Shown here piece after piece: positions 37,473-46,927 of a stretch of 64,000 nucleotides of DNA. The DNA is from an uncultured bacterium. GTDB taxonomy: Bacteria > Patescibacteriota > Minisyncoccia > UBA6257 > 2-01-FULL-56-20. The position numbers were made by a program, and so were the translations under genes. Under the pieces are notes generated by a model, which saw only the letters and a list, made by a program, of their open reading frames with translations, did not search any database and was not told the DNA's origin. The stretch is from the NCBI GenBank assembly GCA_963718515.1, contig OY970354.1:46363-110362 (forward strand), in the 5' to 3' direction. Every line of letters starts with the position of its first letter. Within the stretch, counting starts at the first letter, position 1.

Positions 37473-39710
37473 ATGGCGAAAAAGAAGAAGAATCGGAATA
37501 AGGGTCAGAACGGCGGGTCGAACTCCGGCAATGGAAACGGCGGCGGCAGGATCAATGGCGGATCGCGACGCAACGACGACCGCGAGCCGCGCCTCCATTC
37601 CGAAACCAAAAACAGCATCTGGGCGATAAGCTTTGTCTGCATCGCCGTCATTTTGGTGCTCGCGGGCTTTGCCGAGGCCGGACCGGCCGGCGCGCTCATA
37701 TATAGAGGGCTCGATGCCCTGCTTGGCTGGGGATACTTCATCTTGCCCACCACGCTCGTTTTTGCCGCCATCGTCTTCTGGCTCTCGCGGCAAAAAAGGA
37801 TCTTGGCCACGACGCTCATCGGGTCGACACTGCTCATTCTCTCGTTTTTGGGCTTGATCGAACTCTTTTCGCCCACGCACGGTGGCTGGCTCGGCCTAAT
37901 CCTCGGCTCGCTCCGGACGCCGTTCGGTAATATCGCCGCCATCGTCATCGACATATTTATACTCATCATCTCTATCCTCGTAACGGCAAACGTTCCGCTC
38001 AAATTGAAGCTATCGTCTGGCGATGACGCCGATGAGGATGAAGATGATGAAGAGGATGATATCCCCCTGCTCGTGACAGGCGCCGACGGGGAAAAAGTTA
38101 CGCCGGAAAAAGCGGCTGACCAAAAAGGTGAAAATGACGAAAAAGATGCGAAAGGAAAAAATGGCAACGGTGGTGGCAGTGAACCCGCCGTTGTGCACGC
38201 GAAGGATGGCGCGGAACTCGCCAAGATGAAAAAGCCCGCAAAGGCGCCCGTGTTTACGAATTACGTTCCGCCGCCGCTCTCACTGCTCAAGTCAGACACG
38301 TCGAAGCCGACCACGGGCGATCTCCTTGCGCACGCGAACATCATCAAACGCACGCTCGACAGCTTCGGCATCCCCGTCGAGATGGGAGAAATCAACGTCG
38401 GCCCGGCCGTGACGCGCTATACGCTCAAGCCCGCGGAGGGCGTTAAGCTCTCGCGCATCACGGCGCTGAACGCCGACCTTGCGCTCTCGCTCGCGGCGCA
38501 TCCGATCCGCATCGAGGCGCCGATTCCGGGCAAGTCGCTCGTCGGGATCGAGGTGCCGAACAAGTCCGCTGCACTCGTGCGCCTCGGATCGCTCATGAAC
38601 TATCCAGAATTCATGCAATCCGGGCCGCTCGGTTTCGTCCTCGGCCGCGATGTCTCCGGCGAACCGATCTTTGGGAATATCGAAAAGATGCCGCACATGC
38701 TCGTTGCGGGCGCGACCGGTTCCGGAAAATCGATCCTTGTGCACTCGCTCATCACATCGCTCTTATATAAAAACTCGCCGGCAACCCTCCGCCTCGTACT
38801 CATCGATCCCAAGCGCGTGGAACTTTCGATGTATGATGGCATCCCCCACTTGATCACGCCTGTCATCACGGAAAACAAGAAAGCACTCGGCGTGCTCAGG
38901 TGGGCAATCCAGGAAATGGATCGGCGCTATGAAATTCTACAGAAGGCTGGCAGCCGCGACATCAAGAGTTATAACGCAAAGCAAACAAAGCCGGAGGATA
39001 CACTTCCCTTCATTCTTATCGGCATCGACGAGATGGCAGATCTCATGAGCTCATTCGGCCGCGAAGTAGAAGGTGCGATCGTCCGCTTGGCGCAGATGGC
39101 GCGCGCGACCGGCATCCATCTCTTGCTCGCCACCCAGCGCCCGTCGGTGGAAGTGATCACCGGCCTCATCAAGGCAAACATCCCCGCGCGCGTCGCGCTC
39201 CAGGTTGCATCACAGATTGATTCGCGCACCATTTTGGATGGCGCGGGCGCGGAAAAATTGCTCGGTCACGGCGATTTGCTCTTTCTCTCTGCAGAACTTT
39301 CCAAGCCAAAACGTATCCAGGGATCGTACATCACCGAAGAAGAATTAAAGAGTGTTGTGGAATTTATAAAGGAAAATAATAAAGTGGAGGCAGCGGAAGC
39401 GAGCGAGGACGATTTGGGAGAAGAAAACATTGAAAAAGCCGGACCGCTGGTGCCCGTCGGCTTCGATCATTTTATGGAAGCAAGCGGTAGCAGCGAAGAT
39501 GAAGACGATGATCTTTTTGATGAGGCGCTCGCCGTCGTTCTCGAAGCAAAGAAAGCATCTGCGTCATTGCTCCAGCGCCGCCTCAAAGTGGGCTACGCCC
39601 GCGCCGCGCGCTTGCTCGACCTCATGCAGGCCGGCGACTACATCGGCCCCGGCGACGGCGCCAAGCCCCGCGACGTGAACGAAGATAAAATAGCGCAGAG
39701 ACTGACGTAG
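37473..39710 (+). CDS. ftsK: DNA translocase FtsK/SpoIIIE
   Basis: 745 aa. It has N-terminal TM helices, an acidic linker, the Walker A AGATGSGKS and a C-terminal gamma-like winged helix. Confidence 0.9.
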   Translation: MAKKKKNRNKGQNGGSNSGNGNGGGRINGGSRRNDDREPRLHSETKNSIWAISFVCIAVILVLAGFAEAGPAGALIYRGLDALLGWGYFILPTTLVFAAIVFWLSRQKRILATTLIGSTLLILSFLGLIELFSPTHGGWLGLILGSLRTPFGNIAAIVIDIFILIISILVTANVPLKLKLSSGDDADEDEDDEEDDIPLLVTGADGEKVTPEKAADQKGENDEKDAKGKNGNGGGSEPAVVHAKDGAELAKMKKPAKAPVFTNYVPPPLSLLKSDTSKPTTGDLLAHANIIKRTLDSFGIPVEMGEINVGPAVTRYTLKPAEGVKLSRITALNADLALSLAAHPIRIEAPIPGKSLVGIEVPNKSAALVRLGSLMNYPEFMQSGPLGFVLGRDVSGEPIFGNIEKMPHMLVAGATGSGKSILVHSLITSLLYKNSPATLRLVLIDPKRVELSMYDGIPHLITPVITENKKALGVLRWAIQEMDRRYEILQKAGSRDIKSYNAKQTKPEDTLPFILIGIDEMADLMSSFGREVEGAIVRLAQMARATGIHLLLATQRPSVEVITGLIKANIPARVALQVASQIDSRTILDGAGAEKLLGHGDLLFLSAELSKPKRIQGSYITEEELKSVVEFIKENNKVEAAEASEDDLGEENIEKAGPLVPVGFDHFMEASGSSEDEDDDLFDEALAVVLEAKKASASLLQRRLKVGYARAARLLDLMQAGDYIGPGDGAKPRDVNEDKIAQRLT

Positions 39711-39752
39711 TAAAGTGGACTATTTCCCCGCATCGCTTTAGAATCAGTCTAT

Positions 39753-40520
39753 ATGAATCCGAACGACACTCCCTTTGAACAATTCTTTGCGGAAAAAATA
39801 AAAGAGCGCGGGATCACCCTTAAAAAACTTTCCGAAGCGACGGGGATCGCGCCGTCGCACATCGAATCCCTCCTGCGCGGCGACTTTGAGAGCATGCCCT
39901 CATCGCCGTACTTTCATGGGTACATGCTCCGGCTCGGCTCGGCGCTCGACTTTGATGGCGAGGAATGGTGGGCGAAATTTAAAAAAGACGGCGTGATAAA
40001 AAATTCCGGCGAGCTCGATACGCTTCCCAAAAATCGCTTCCTCAAAAAATCGCCGCCAAAATATTTATGGTTCATTGGCGTCGGCGTCGTCATCCTCATT
40101 TACCTCGCCTTCCAGGCACCGCGGATTTTTGGAAAGCCAACGCTCACCATATTGTCACCCGGCACAAATCCCTACGTGACGGGCTCGAGCACGCTCACGC
40201 TCGCCGGCACCGTAAGCAATGCGGACTCGCTCTATCTCGTGGGCGCGAACGGCGAGACCGAGCAAATCATCATCGCGCCGGACGGCTCATGGCAAAAGGG
40301 CGTCCTTCTGGGCGTTGGCCAAAATCCCTTTGAAATAGAGGCAAAAAAGTTCCTTGGGGGCGAAACGAATGTCACGGAACAGGTCATTTATGAGGCTCCG
40401 GGGACGACTGCGAGCTCTACTTTAGGCGCTACGAGCGCGACCAGCAGCAGCTCATCTACAACCACCCCAACGATCCCCCCGCAGAGCAATTTCACTCCCA
40501 CTTCAAGCTCCTCCCTTTAA
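39753..40520 (+). CDS. RodZ-like HTH membrane protein
   Basis: 255 aa. An N-terminal HTH (ITLKKLSEATGIAPSHIESLLRGDF) is followed by one TM and an extracytoplasmic domain with a Ser/Thr-rich tail. Confidence 0.55.
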   Translation: MNPNDTPFEQFFAEKIKERGITLKKLSEATGIAPSHIESLLRGDFESMPSSPYFHGYMLRLGSALDFDGEEWWAKFKKDGVIKNSGELDTLPKNRFLKKSPPKYLWFIGVGVVILIYLAFQAPRIFGKPTLTILSPGTNPYVTGSSTLTLAGTVSNADSLYLVGANGETEQIIIAPDGSWQKGVLLGVGQNPFEIEAKKFLGGETNVTEQVIYEAPGTTASSTLGATSATSSSSSTTTPTIPPQSNFTPTSSSSL

Positions 40521-40556
40521 TATAAATTTAATGACGGCGGTGATATAATGAAGCCT

Positions 40557-41654
40557 ATGAAAACAACTAAAAAGGCTCAGCAGGAAACGCCGACCCATGC
40601 CAAAGCCGATAGCCACAAAGCCACGGCGGAGAAACAAACGAGCGCAAAGGAGTTCGACGAGCTCCTTTCATCGCTCCAGGATAAGTTCGGCGAAGGCGCG
40701 ATCATGAAACTCGGCGACGTGAGCCACGTGGACGTCGCGGTGATACCCACCGGATCATTCTCGCTCGACCTCGCACTCGGCGTCGGCGGGTTGCCGCGCG
40801 GCAGGATCACGGAAATCTTTGGCCCTGAATCGAGCGGGAAGACCACGCTTGCTTTAAACGTCGTGGCGCAAGCGCAGAAGCAGGGCGGCAAAGCGGCATT
40901 CATTGATGCGGAGCACGCGATGGATCCTGAGTATGCCGCCAAGCTTGGCGTCAACGTGAACGAACTGCTCATCTCCCAGCCGGACAGCGGTGAGGAAGCG
41001 CTGAATATTCTGGAAAGTCTTGTGCGATCGGGAATGATCTCTGTTGTCGTCGTCGACTCTGTCGCCGCGCTCACGCCGCGCGCGGAACTCGAGGGTGAAA
41101 TGGGCGAACAGCACGTCGGCCGCCAGGCGCGGATGATGGGCCAGGCGCTCCGCAAACTGACCGCGATCGCGAACAACAGCCAGACACTTGTTATTTTTAT
41201 CAACCAGCTCCGCATGAAGATCGGTATCATGTTCGGCAATCCGGAAACGACGCCGGGCGGCCGCGCGCTCCCCTTCGCCGCATCGGTACGCATCGACATC
41301 CGCCGCATCGCGCAGGTTAAAAAAGGCGAAGCGGTCGTCGGCAACCGCGTAAAAGCAAAGGTGGCGAAGAATAAGGTTGCGGCGCCATTTAAATCGGCGG
41401 AGTTTGATATTTTATTCGGCGAAGGCATCTCCTATGAAGGCGATGTGCTGAACGCCGCCGTTATGTATGGCGTCGTCAAAAAATCCGGCGCAAGCTTTAG
41501 CTACGAAGGCGAACGCCTGGGCGTTGGATTTGAAAATGCAAAAACAAAATTAAAAGAAGATAAAAAGATCTTGAATGAAATAAAAAAGAAGACCGCGGAA
41601 GCTTTCAAGAACGGCGATGCCCCGACGAAAACAGAAAAGGAAGACAAAGAATGA
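40557..41654 (+). CDS. recA: recombinase RecA
   Basis: It has the Walker [13 protein letters not shown] and a full RecA core. The track start is 40548, but an extended -10 (TGaTATAAT, 40541-40549) overlaps that ATG and ends 7 nt before the ATG at 40557. The later start is therefore preferred. Confidence 0.9.
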   Translation: MKTTKKAQQETPTHAKADSHKATAEKQTSAKEFDELLSSLQDKFGEGAIMKLGDVSHVDVAVIPTGSFSLDLALGVGGLPRGRITEIFGPESSGKTTLALNVVAQAQKQGGKAAFIDAEHAMDPEYAAKLGVNVNELLISQPDSGEEALNILESLVRSGMISVVVVDSVAALTPRAELEGEMGEQHVGRQARMMGQALRKLTAIANNSQTLVIFINQLRMKIGIMFGNPETTPGGRALPFAASVRIDIRRIAQVKKGEAVVGNRVKAKVAKNKVAAPFKSAEFDILFGEGISYEGDVLNAAVMYGVVKKSGASFSYEGERLGVGFENAKTKLKEDKKILNEIKKKTAEAFKNGDAPTKTEKEDKE

Positions 41655-41659
41655 TGCCC

Positions 41660-42094
41660 TTATTTCGCAAAAGTTATATAAGCAAAATAACCCACGACCG
41701 CAATCGCGACGATCGCCACCAGAACGACGATCAATATTGGAACTAGGTGACTTTCTGGTTGGTCGCCCGAAACGTCTTGTTGCGCTGAAGCATCGGGGGA
41801 TTGCGCCGCTGACGCAGGCGCAGATGTGGGCGCTTCCGTAGGCGTTGAAGCAGACTTTGTTGCAATCTCAGCCACCGCCGGTACCGTGGGCTGTTGCCGT
41901 TCTGCAAACGGCGCCTGAGCCTGAACCGGCGAATGATATCCCTTTTCTATAGAAAGCCCCGAAACGTTCACGTTCTGGAATTTCGGCATTCCTCCCCCAC
42001 TGCTGCGCATGGATGCGAGGTCCGAACGCATGGTGCGAATCTTGATCTCCGACGGCGGAGGCGGTGCGCCAGTAATGACGGTCTTGTCTTCCAT
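41660..42094 (-). CDS. tail-anchored membrane protein, Pro/Ala/Ser-rich
   Basis: 144-aa ORF with a C-terminal TM (LVPILIVVLVAIVAIAVVGYFAYITF). It is convergent with recA. Confidence 0.5.
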   Translation of the reverse strand: MEDKTVITGAPPPPSEIKIRTMRSDLASMRSSGGGMPKFQNVNVSGLSIEKGYHSPVQAQAPFAERQQPTVPAVAEIATKSASTPTEAPTSAPASAAQSPDASAQQDVSGDQPESHLVPILIVVLVAIVAIAVVGYFAYITFAK

Positions 42095-42120
42095 ATAACA
42101 CTCATTTTACCATATAAAAC

Positions 42121-42181
42121 AAAAAGCCCTCTCCTTTGGCCGAATTATTCTTATCACGAGGCCAAAGGAGAGGGCTTTTTG
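42121..42181 (-). terminator. long hairpin terminator, loop family B, directly after pnp
   Basis: The 21-bp perfect stem is AAAAAGCCCTCTCCTTTGGCC / GGCCAAAGGAGAGGGCTTTTT. The 18-nt loop is GAATTATTCTTATCACGA (42142-42159). Confidence 0.7.
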
Positions 42182-42183
42182 TT

Positions 42184-44333
42184 TTATACCTCCATCTGCT
42201 TCAGCGACAAGCCGATTTTCCCGTTCTCTGCTTTGATGATCTTTGCGCGGACGCGGTCGCCGAGATGCACGACGTTTTCCACCTGCTTCACAAATCCCTG
42301 CTTGAGCTCCGAGACGTGGATCATGCCGTCGTTGCCGCCGCCGAGATCGACGATCGCGCCGAACTCGAGGATCTTCACGATCGGCCCTTCAACGATCTCG
42401 CCCACTTTGAATTCTTTGGTAAGACCCAAAATCTCCGCGACCGCGGCTTCGACTTTCGCAAGGTCAACGCCGGAGACATACACTCCGCCGTCTTCTTCTA
42501 TATCAATGCCAGCGAGTGAATATTTTGCGATAAGGCCATTGATCATTTTGCCGCCAGGGCCGATAACGGTGCCGATCTTCGCCGGATCGATCTTGAACTG
42601 GCGGATCTTCGGCACGAACTGCGAGATCGCATCGCGATGTTTTGGTAATGTCGCCTTGATCGTTTTCAAAATATGGATGCGCGCGGCTGCTTTGCCTGTT
42701 CAAACGCTTCTTCCAATATCTCCATAGTGAGTCCGTCCACTTTGACATCCATCTGCATGCCGGTCACGCCATCGTTCGTTCCCGCAACTTTGAGATCCAT
42801 ATCGCCATGATGGTCTTCGGGGCCTTGGATGTCGGTCAGCACTTTGTAATTATTCACATCGGCCATACCGTCCGCATTGAACGCCATCATGAGTCCCATC
42901 GCGATGCCCGCGGCCGGCTTCTTGAGCGGCACGCCGGCGTCCATGAGCGAGAGCGACGGACGCGCACACTGTCGCCATGCGAGGACGAACCGTTGGATGA
43001 CATGATTTCCGAAACAACACGGATCGTGTACGGGAATTCTTCCTTGCTCGGGATCAATCGCTCAAGCGATTTGCGCGCAAGATTGCCATGGCCGATCTCG
43101 CGGCGCCCGGGCCGCGGAATGAACCGACTTCGCCAACCGAGAACGGCGGGAAGTTGTAGTGCAACATAAAACGCCGCTTGCCGGTGGTCTCCATCGTCTC
43201 GATCATCTGCTCGGCTCCGGGCGCCGCGAGCGTCGTTATCGCGAGCGCCTGCGTATTGCCGCGCACAAAAAGCGCCGAGCCGTGCGTGCGCGAGAACAAT
43301 CCCACTTCGCCATCAAGCGCGCGAACTTCGTCAAGCTTGCGGCCATCGGGACGCTGTTCCTTTTCTAAAACATTCTTATGGACAAGGTCATTCACCATCT
43401 CGTCGTAGAAAAATTCCACCGCCTTCCAATTGATACTTGTCTTTCGTGGCGCCGAACTTTTCTTTGATGTGCAGAATGAGCTCGTGATGGAGCGCGCCGA
43501 CCGCGGTCGTGTGTTCCACTTTTGTCGGCTTATAGATCGCCGCCTCGAGCTTGTCCGCCAGGAACGCGCGCACTTCCGCCTGAATGTCGGCATCGGGCTC
43601 TGCGAGCGCAACCTCCGTCTTTGGCTTACCGATCTCCTTCCGGATGTTCTCCTGGAACGCGATCAGCTTGTTGATCTCGCCCTGCGCGAGCGTGAAGCCC
43701 GCGACGACGTCTTTCTCTTGCGCATCCAAGCCGCCAAGCTCGATCATGTTGATGCGATCCTTGGAGCCGGAAACGAACGCATCGAATATCGGCAGGTTCG
43801 GTTCGGCGACGGCGCTGTTATCCGGATTGATGATAAATTGTTTGTCCGCAGTTTTTTGCGCGACGCGCACACCCGCCACCGGGCCATTCCATGGGATGTC
43901 GGAGATAAAGAGCGCGGTCGAAACGCCGAGCAGTCCGACGAATTCCGGATCGTTCTGCTCATCGATCTGCAATACCGTCACGACCACCTGTATCTCGCGG
44001 CGCATTTTGTCGTTGAAGAGCGGGCGGATGGTGCGGTCGACCAAGTCGGCCGGCGAGGATCGCCTCTTCGGACGAGCGGCCTTCGCGGCGCACATAGCGG
44101 CTGCCCAAAATTTTTCCTGCGGCATAGAACTTTTCTTCATAATCCACTTTGAGCGGCAGGTAATCGATGTCGCTATCCTTACGCGCCATCACCGCCGTCG
44201 CGAGTACCACTGTCTCGCCATACTTTGCGATCACTGCCGCATTCGCCTGCTCGGCCAACGCCGAAATCTCTATCGTCAACGTCTTTCCTGCGATCTCAAC
44301 CGAAAATGCTTTTTTTGCAACATATATTTTGAT
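42184..44333 (-). pseudogene. pnp: polynucleotide phosphorylase, multiply frame-disrupted
   Basis: The homology runs through fragments 43959..44279, 43388..44140, 43054..43611, 42666..42944 and 42184..42669 (KH and S1 domains at the end). The likely ATG at 44333 is out of frame across an A7 run. At least five frame changes. Confidence 0.85.
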
Positions 44334-44349
44334 GATGAACCGCGAACCC

Positions 44350-44440
44350 GGAGAGTTCTGTCATCCTGAGCTTTAGGAAGGATCGCTTGTAATGGCTACT
44401 TTGCCATCGGATCCCGCACAAAGCTCGGAATGACATCTCC
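44350..44440 (-). promoter_or_regulatory. long imperfect hairpin in the pnp 5' leader
   Basis: In minus sense GGAGATGTCATTCCGAGCTTT pairs with AAAGCTCAGGATGACAGAACTCTCC, about 20 bp with a 4-nt bulge and a 45-nt loop. It ends 16 nt before the ATG. Confidence 0.45.
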
Positions 44441-44472
44441 TTTATCGCGCTTCGTGTTAGTTTAATTATTTT

Positions 44473-45160
44473 TTAATGACTGTCCGACTGCGGCCTCTTG
44501 CTTCTCCCCACAAACCGCGGCTTCATGATCGCGCGCGGGACGGTCTCAATATTTACGAACTCGTCCGCGGCTTCCACGATCTTTGATGATGCGCTCCGTC
44601 TGAATGCGGCGACCTCGACCACTCGCCCGCCTCCCCATTTTACGTAATTGACCAACGGAATAAAATCGCCGTCGCCCGTCACCAAAATGATCACATCGAG
44701 GAACGGCATCATGCGGATGACGTCCACCGTCAGGCCAACATCCCAATCGCCTTTCTTCATGCCGCCGGCGTAGATCTGCAAGTCTTTCATGCGCAATTCA
44801 AGTCCGGCTTTTTCGAGAGCTTCAAAGAAGCTTGCTTCAGAAGATGCGCCGCCGCTCGAATCGCCATTGCCGCTACCACTACCATTCCCATTTGCCGACG
44901 CCGGCGCGAGCGAAACTGCCGCCGCCTGATCCTTTTCCGCCATGCGCGCGTGCGCGCCACGCGCCTGCTGCGGCTCCACGCCTTCACTCCGCACCACGTA
45001 CGCCATGGCGCGGATCAGCTGGCGGCCGCCGACAAGGTGCTTTATAAGTTCCGCATAATTGACGCGGCCCTGATATAGATTTTTTGCTGAGTGATACAGA
45101 TTCGACACATCAACAAAAATCCCAACACGCTGGTTGGAATAATTTGGTTCCTTGCTTCAT
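44473..45160 (-). pseudogene. NYN-domain (LabA-like) nuclease family protein, probable frame change near 45135
   Basis: ORF 44473..45108 carries the DWDVGLTVD and VTGDGDF motifs. The first strand, NQRVGIFVDVSNLYH, is only open upstream in the same frame without a start codon. An ATG at 45160 lies in another frame. Confidence 0.6.
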
Positions 45161-45166
45161 TATTTT

Positions 45167-45427
45167 TTAAGATCGAGCTTCTTGATCAAGTTTTTCGTAC
45201 GAAGAAGGCTCGTGCTTCTTCATGTACGCGAGCAGTTTTCTGCGCTTTGAGACCATCTTCAAAAGGCCGCGGCGGGAATGATTATCCTTCGGATTTTTCT
45301 TGAGATGTCCGGCCAATTCATCGATCTGGCGGGAGGTCATCGCGATCTGCACCTGGGCAGAACCCGTGTCTTTATCGTGTTTCTTATTTTCCCCGACGAT
45401 GCGGGATTTTACTCGTTTAGTAAGCAT
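45167..45427 (-). CDS. rpsO: 30S ribosomal protein S15
   Basis: 86 aa. The segment TGSAQVQIAMTSRQIDELAGHLKKNPKDNHSRRGLLKMVSKRRKLLAYM is a canonical S15 core. The last ~7 residues may be affected by a 1-nt indel. Confidence 0.85.
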   Translation of the reverse strand: MLTKRVKSRIVGENKKHDKDTGSAQVQIAMTSRQIDELAGHLKKNPKDNHSRRGLLKMVSKRRKLLAYMKKHEPSSYEKLDQEARS

Positions 45428-45467
45428 TATTTGGAATGATACATCAAAGTCAGAATTTTAGCAAGGG

Positions 45468-45708
45468 CAAAAGAAAATCGCCGCCTTGTGAGAAGCGGCG
45501 ATTGTTGGGAGGGCGAATGCCCTATTCGCGGTTAAGCTCCCGATCGGGAGTGTAAGAGATGATGAGTCGTACTGCAGGGCCGCCAGACCTATGGATGCTA
45601 CCAATGGTCGATCCGAGAACAAAGTCAGCGAACCCGCACGCCTTCAGAAGCCCCCTGCCGACAAACCGCAAAGCCTTCATACCCCGACCCCCCAAAAAAA
45701 CTCGCTCT
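45468..45708 (-). ncRNA. promoter- and terminator-bounded ~240-nt transcript upstream of rpsO (leader or independent RNA), class unknown
   Basis: It starts about 7 nt after the TATAGT box. Hairpins are CTCCC-gatc-GGGAG and GCGAAT-agggc-ATTCGC. A 5' G-run could pair with the 3' CCCTCCC. It ends at AATCGCCGC-loop-GCGGCGATT plus TTTTCTTTT (45503-45468). The overlapping ORF 45522..45908 has no convincing RBS. Confidence 0.4.
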
Positions 45709-45714
45709 AAGAAC

Positions 45715-45743
45715 ACTATACTATTTCCGCTCTCTGCGGTCAA
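45715..45743 (-). promoter_or_regulatory. promoter TTGACC-N17-TATAGT
   Basis: -35 at 45743-45738 and -10 at 45720-45715. It is divergent from the xer promoter. Confidence 0.6.
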
Positions 45744-45779
45744 AAAACATTGTGCGACACATCGGCGTATAATGAAGCT

Positions 45780-46726
45780 ATGGCAGAAAAAGTGACGGCA
45801 AAAAAAACTGTTCCAAAGACGGAGATCGAGCGGCTCCTCCAAGATTATTTGAATTATCTCGAGATCGAAAAAAATCGGTCGCCGAAGACGAGCGAGAACT
45901 ATAAGCACTATCTCGGCGAATTCTTGAAATTTGCAAAAATATCCCGGCCTGACGAAATCACGGACAGCGTGGTGCGCGAGTTCCGTTTAGCGCTCGCGCG
46001 GCGCGAAGGCCTTAAGCGCATCACGCAGGGATACTACGTGATCGCCTTGCGTAATTTTTTGAAGTATTTAGCGCGGCGCGATATCAAGGCGCTCTCGGCG
46101 GAAAAGATCGAGCTCCCCAAAGTGCCCGGACGCCAGATCGACACGCTTGAGTATGGTGACCTTGAGCGCCTACTCGCCGCTCCAAAGGGCGATTCACTCC
46201 GCGACCTGCGCGACAAAGCAATCCTCGAAATGTTTTTCTCGACCGGCCTGCGTCTCGCCGAGCTCTGCGCACTCCCCCGTGGGATCGACCTCAAGCGCGG
46301 TGAAATGTCCGTGCGTGGCAAGGGCGACAAACTGCGCGTCGTATTCATCTCCGACTCCGCGCGTGAGGCGGTGAAGCGCTATCTTGGGCGCGCGCGGCAA
46401 AGGGCGGTGGCGATGCCATAGAGGAAAAGTTGTTCGTCAGCCTCGACCGGCGCGGCAACGTGATCGGCCCCATCACCCCGCGCGCCGTCCAGCGCCTCGT
46501 CGCCGCGCGTGCCGTCCAAGCCGGCATCCCCAAGCATATCCATGCGCATCTGCTCCGCCACAGCTTCGCCACCGATCTATTGGTGAACGGTGCCGACCTG
46601 CGCTCCGTGCAAGAGCTCCTCGGCCACGCAAATATTTCAACAACGCAGGTCTACACTCACCTCACGAACAAGCAGTTGCGCGAAACACACAAGGCGTTCC
46701 ACGGAGTGAGGAGAGTAGAAAAATAA
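45780..46726 (+). pseudogene. xerC: tyrosine recombinase XerC/XerD family, one frame change near 46400-46425
   Basis: The N-terminal SAM-like and core domains lie in ORF 45750..46421 (ATG at 45780 preferred). The catalytic C-terminus ([12 protein letters not shown]...[15 protein letters not shown]) lies in ORF 46430..46726. Confidence 0.8.
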
Positions 46727-46730
46727 AACG

Positions 46731-46790
46731 CATAGCTATTGAGCGAGTGGACGTTCCTACGTCGGAGCGAAATAGCTATGGGTTTTTATT
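46731..46790 (+). terminator. terminator after the xer gene
   Basis: 10-bp stem CATAGCTATT/AATAGCTATG with a 30-nt structured loop, followed by GGTTTTTATTTT. Confidence 0.5.
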
Positions 46791-46927
46791 TTGCAGCGGT
46801 GCAGGAGATGGGACGAAGTTGGAACTATCGTCGCCCTAAGTTATATATAGGATTTTAGCAGGAATTTTTTATCAGGGCTACTCGCGATTAGGATTGCGTA
46901 GTTTCCGCGAAGGATTATACTTTTCGT

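Noticed and set aside
37505-38224. 239-aa minus-strand ORF
   Set aside because: It is antisense to ftsK, whose homology is unambiguous. Its translation is a low-complexity Ser/Pro-rich sequence.
40577-41428. 283-aa minus-strand ORF
   Set aside because: It is antisense to recA. It is a typical long shadow ORF in GC-rich coding DNA.
43430-44369. Plus-strand ORFs 43430..44152 and 43584..44369
   Set aside because: They are antisense to pnp. The PNPase homology is on the minus strand.
45163-45195. Possible 1-nt insertion at the 3' end of rpsO that would restore a canonical ...LIKKLDLKK terminus
   Set aside because: Both readings give a protein of nearly the same length. The evidence is only my memory of typical S15 C-termini, so it is not reported as a disruption.
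45522-45908. 128-aa minus-strand ORF
   Set aside because: Most of it lies upstream of, or across, the TTGACC-N17-TATAGT promoter. The part inside the transcript (MKALRFVG...) has no properly spaced RBS and ends before a terminator. It is treated as non-coding RNA, although a small protein cannot be excluded.
11007-46726. Alternative genetic code (stop-codon reassignment) as the cause of the fragmented conserved genes
   Set aside because: The fragments continue in a different reading frame rather than across an in-frame stop. TGA, TAA and TAG all terminate well-supported genes here, including ATGA and TAATG overlaps. Code 11 fits.
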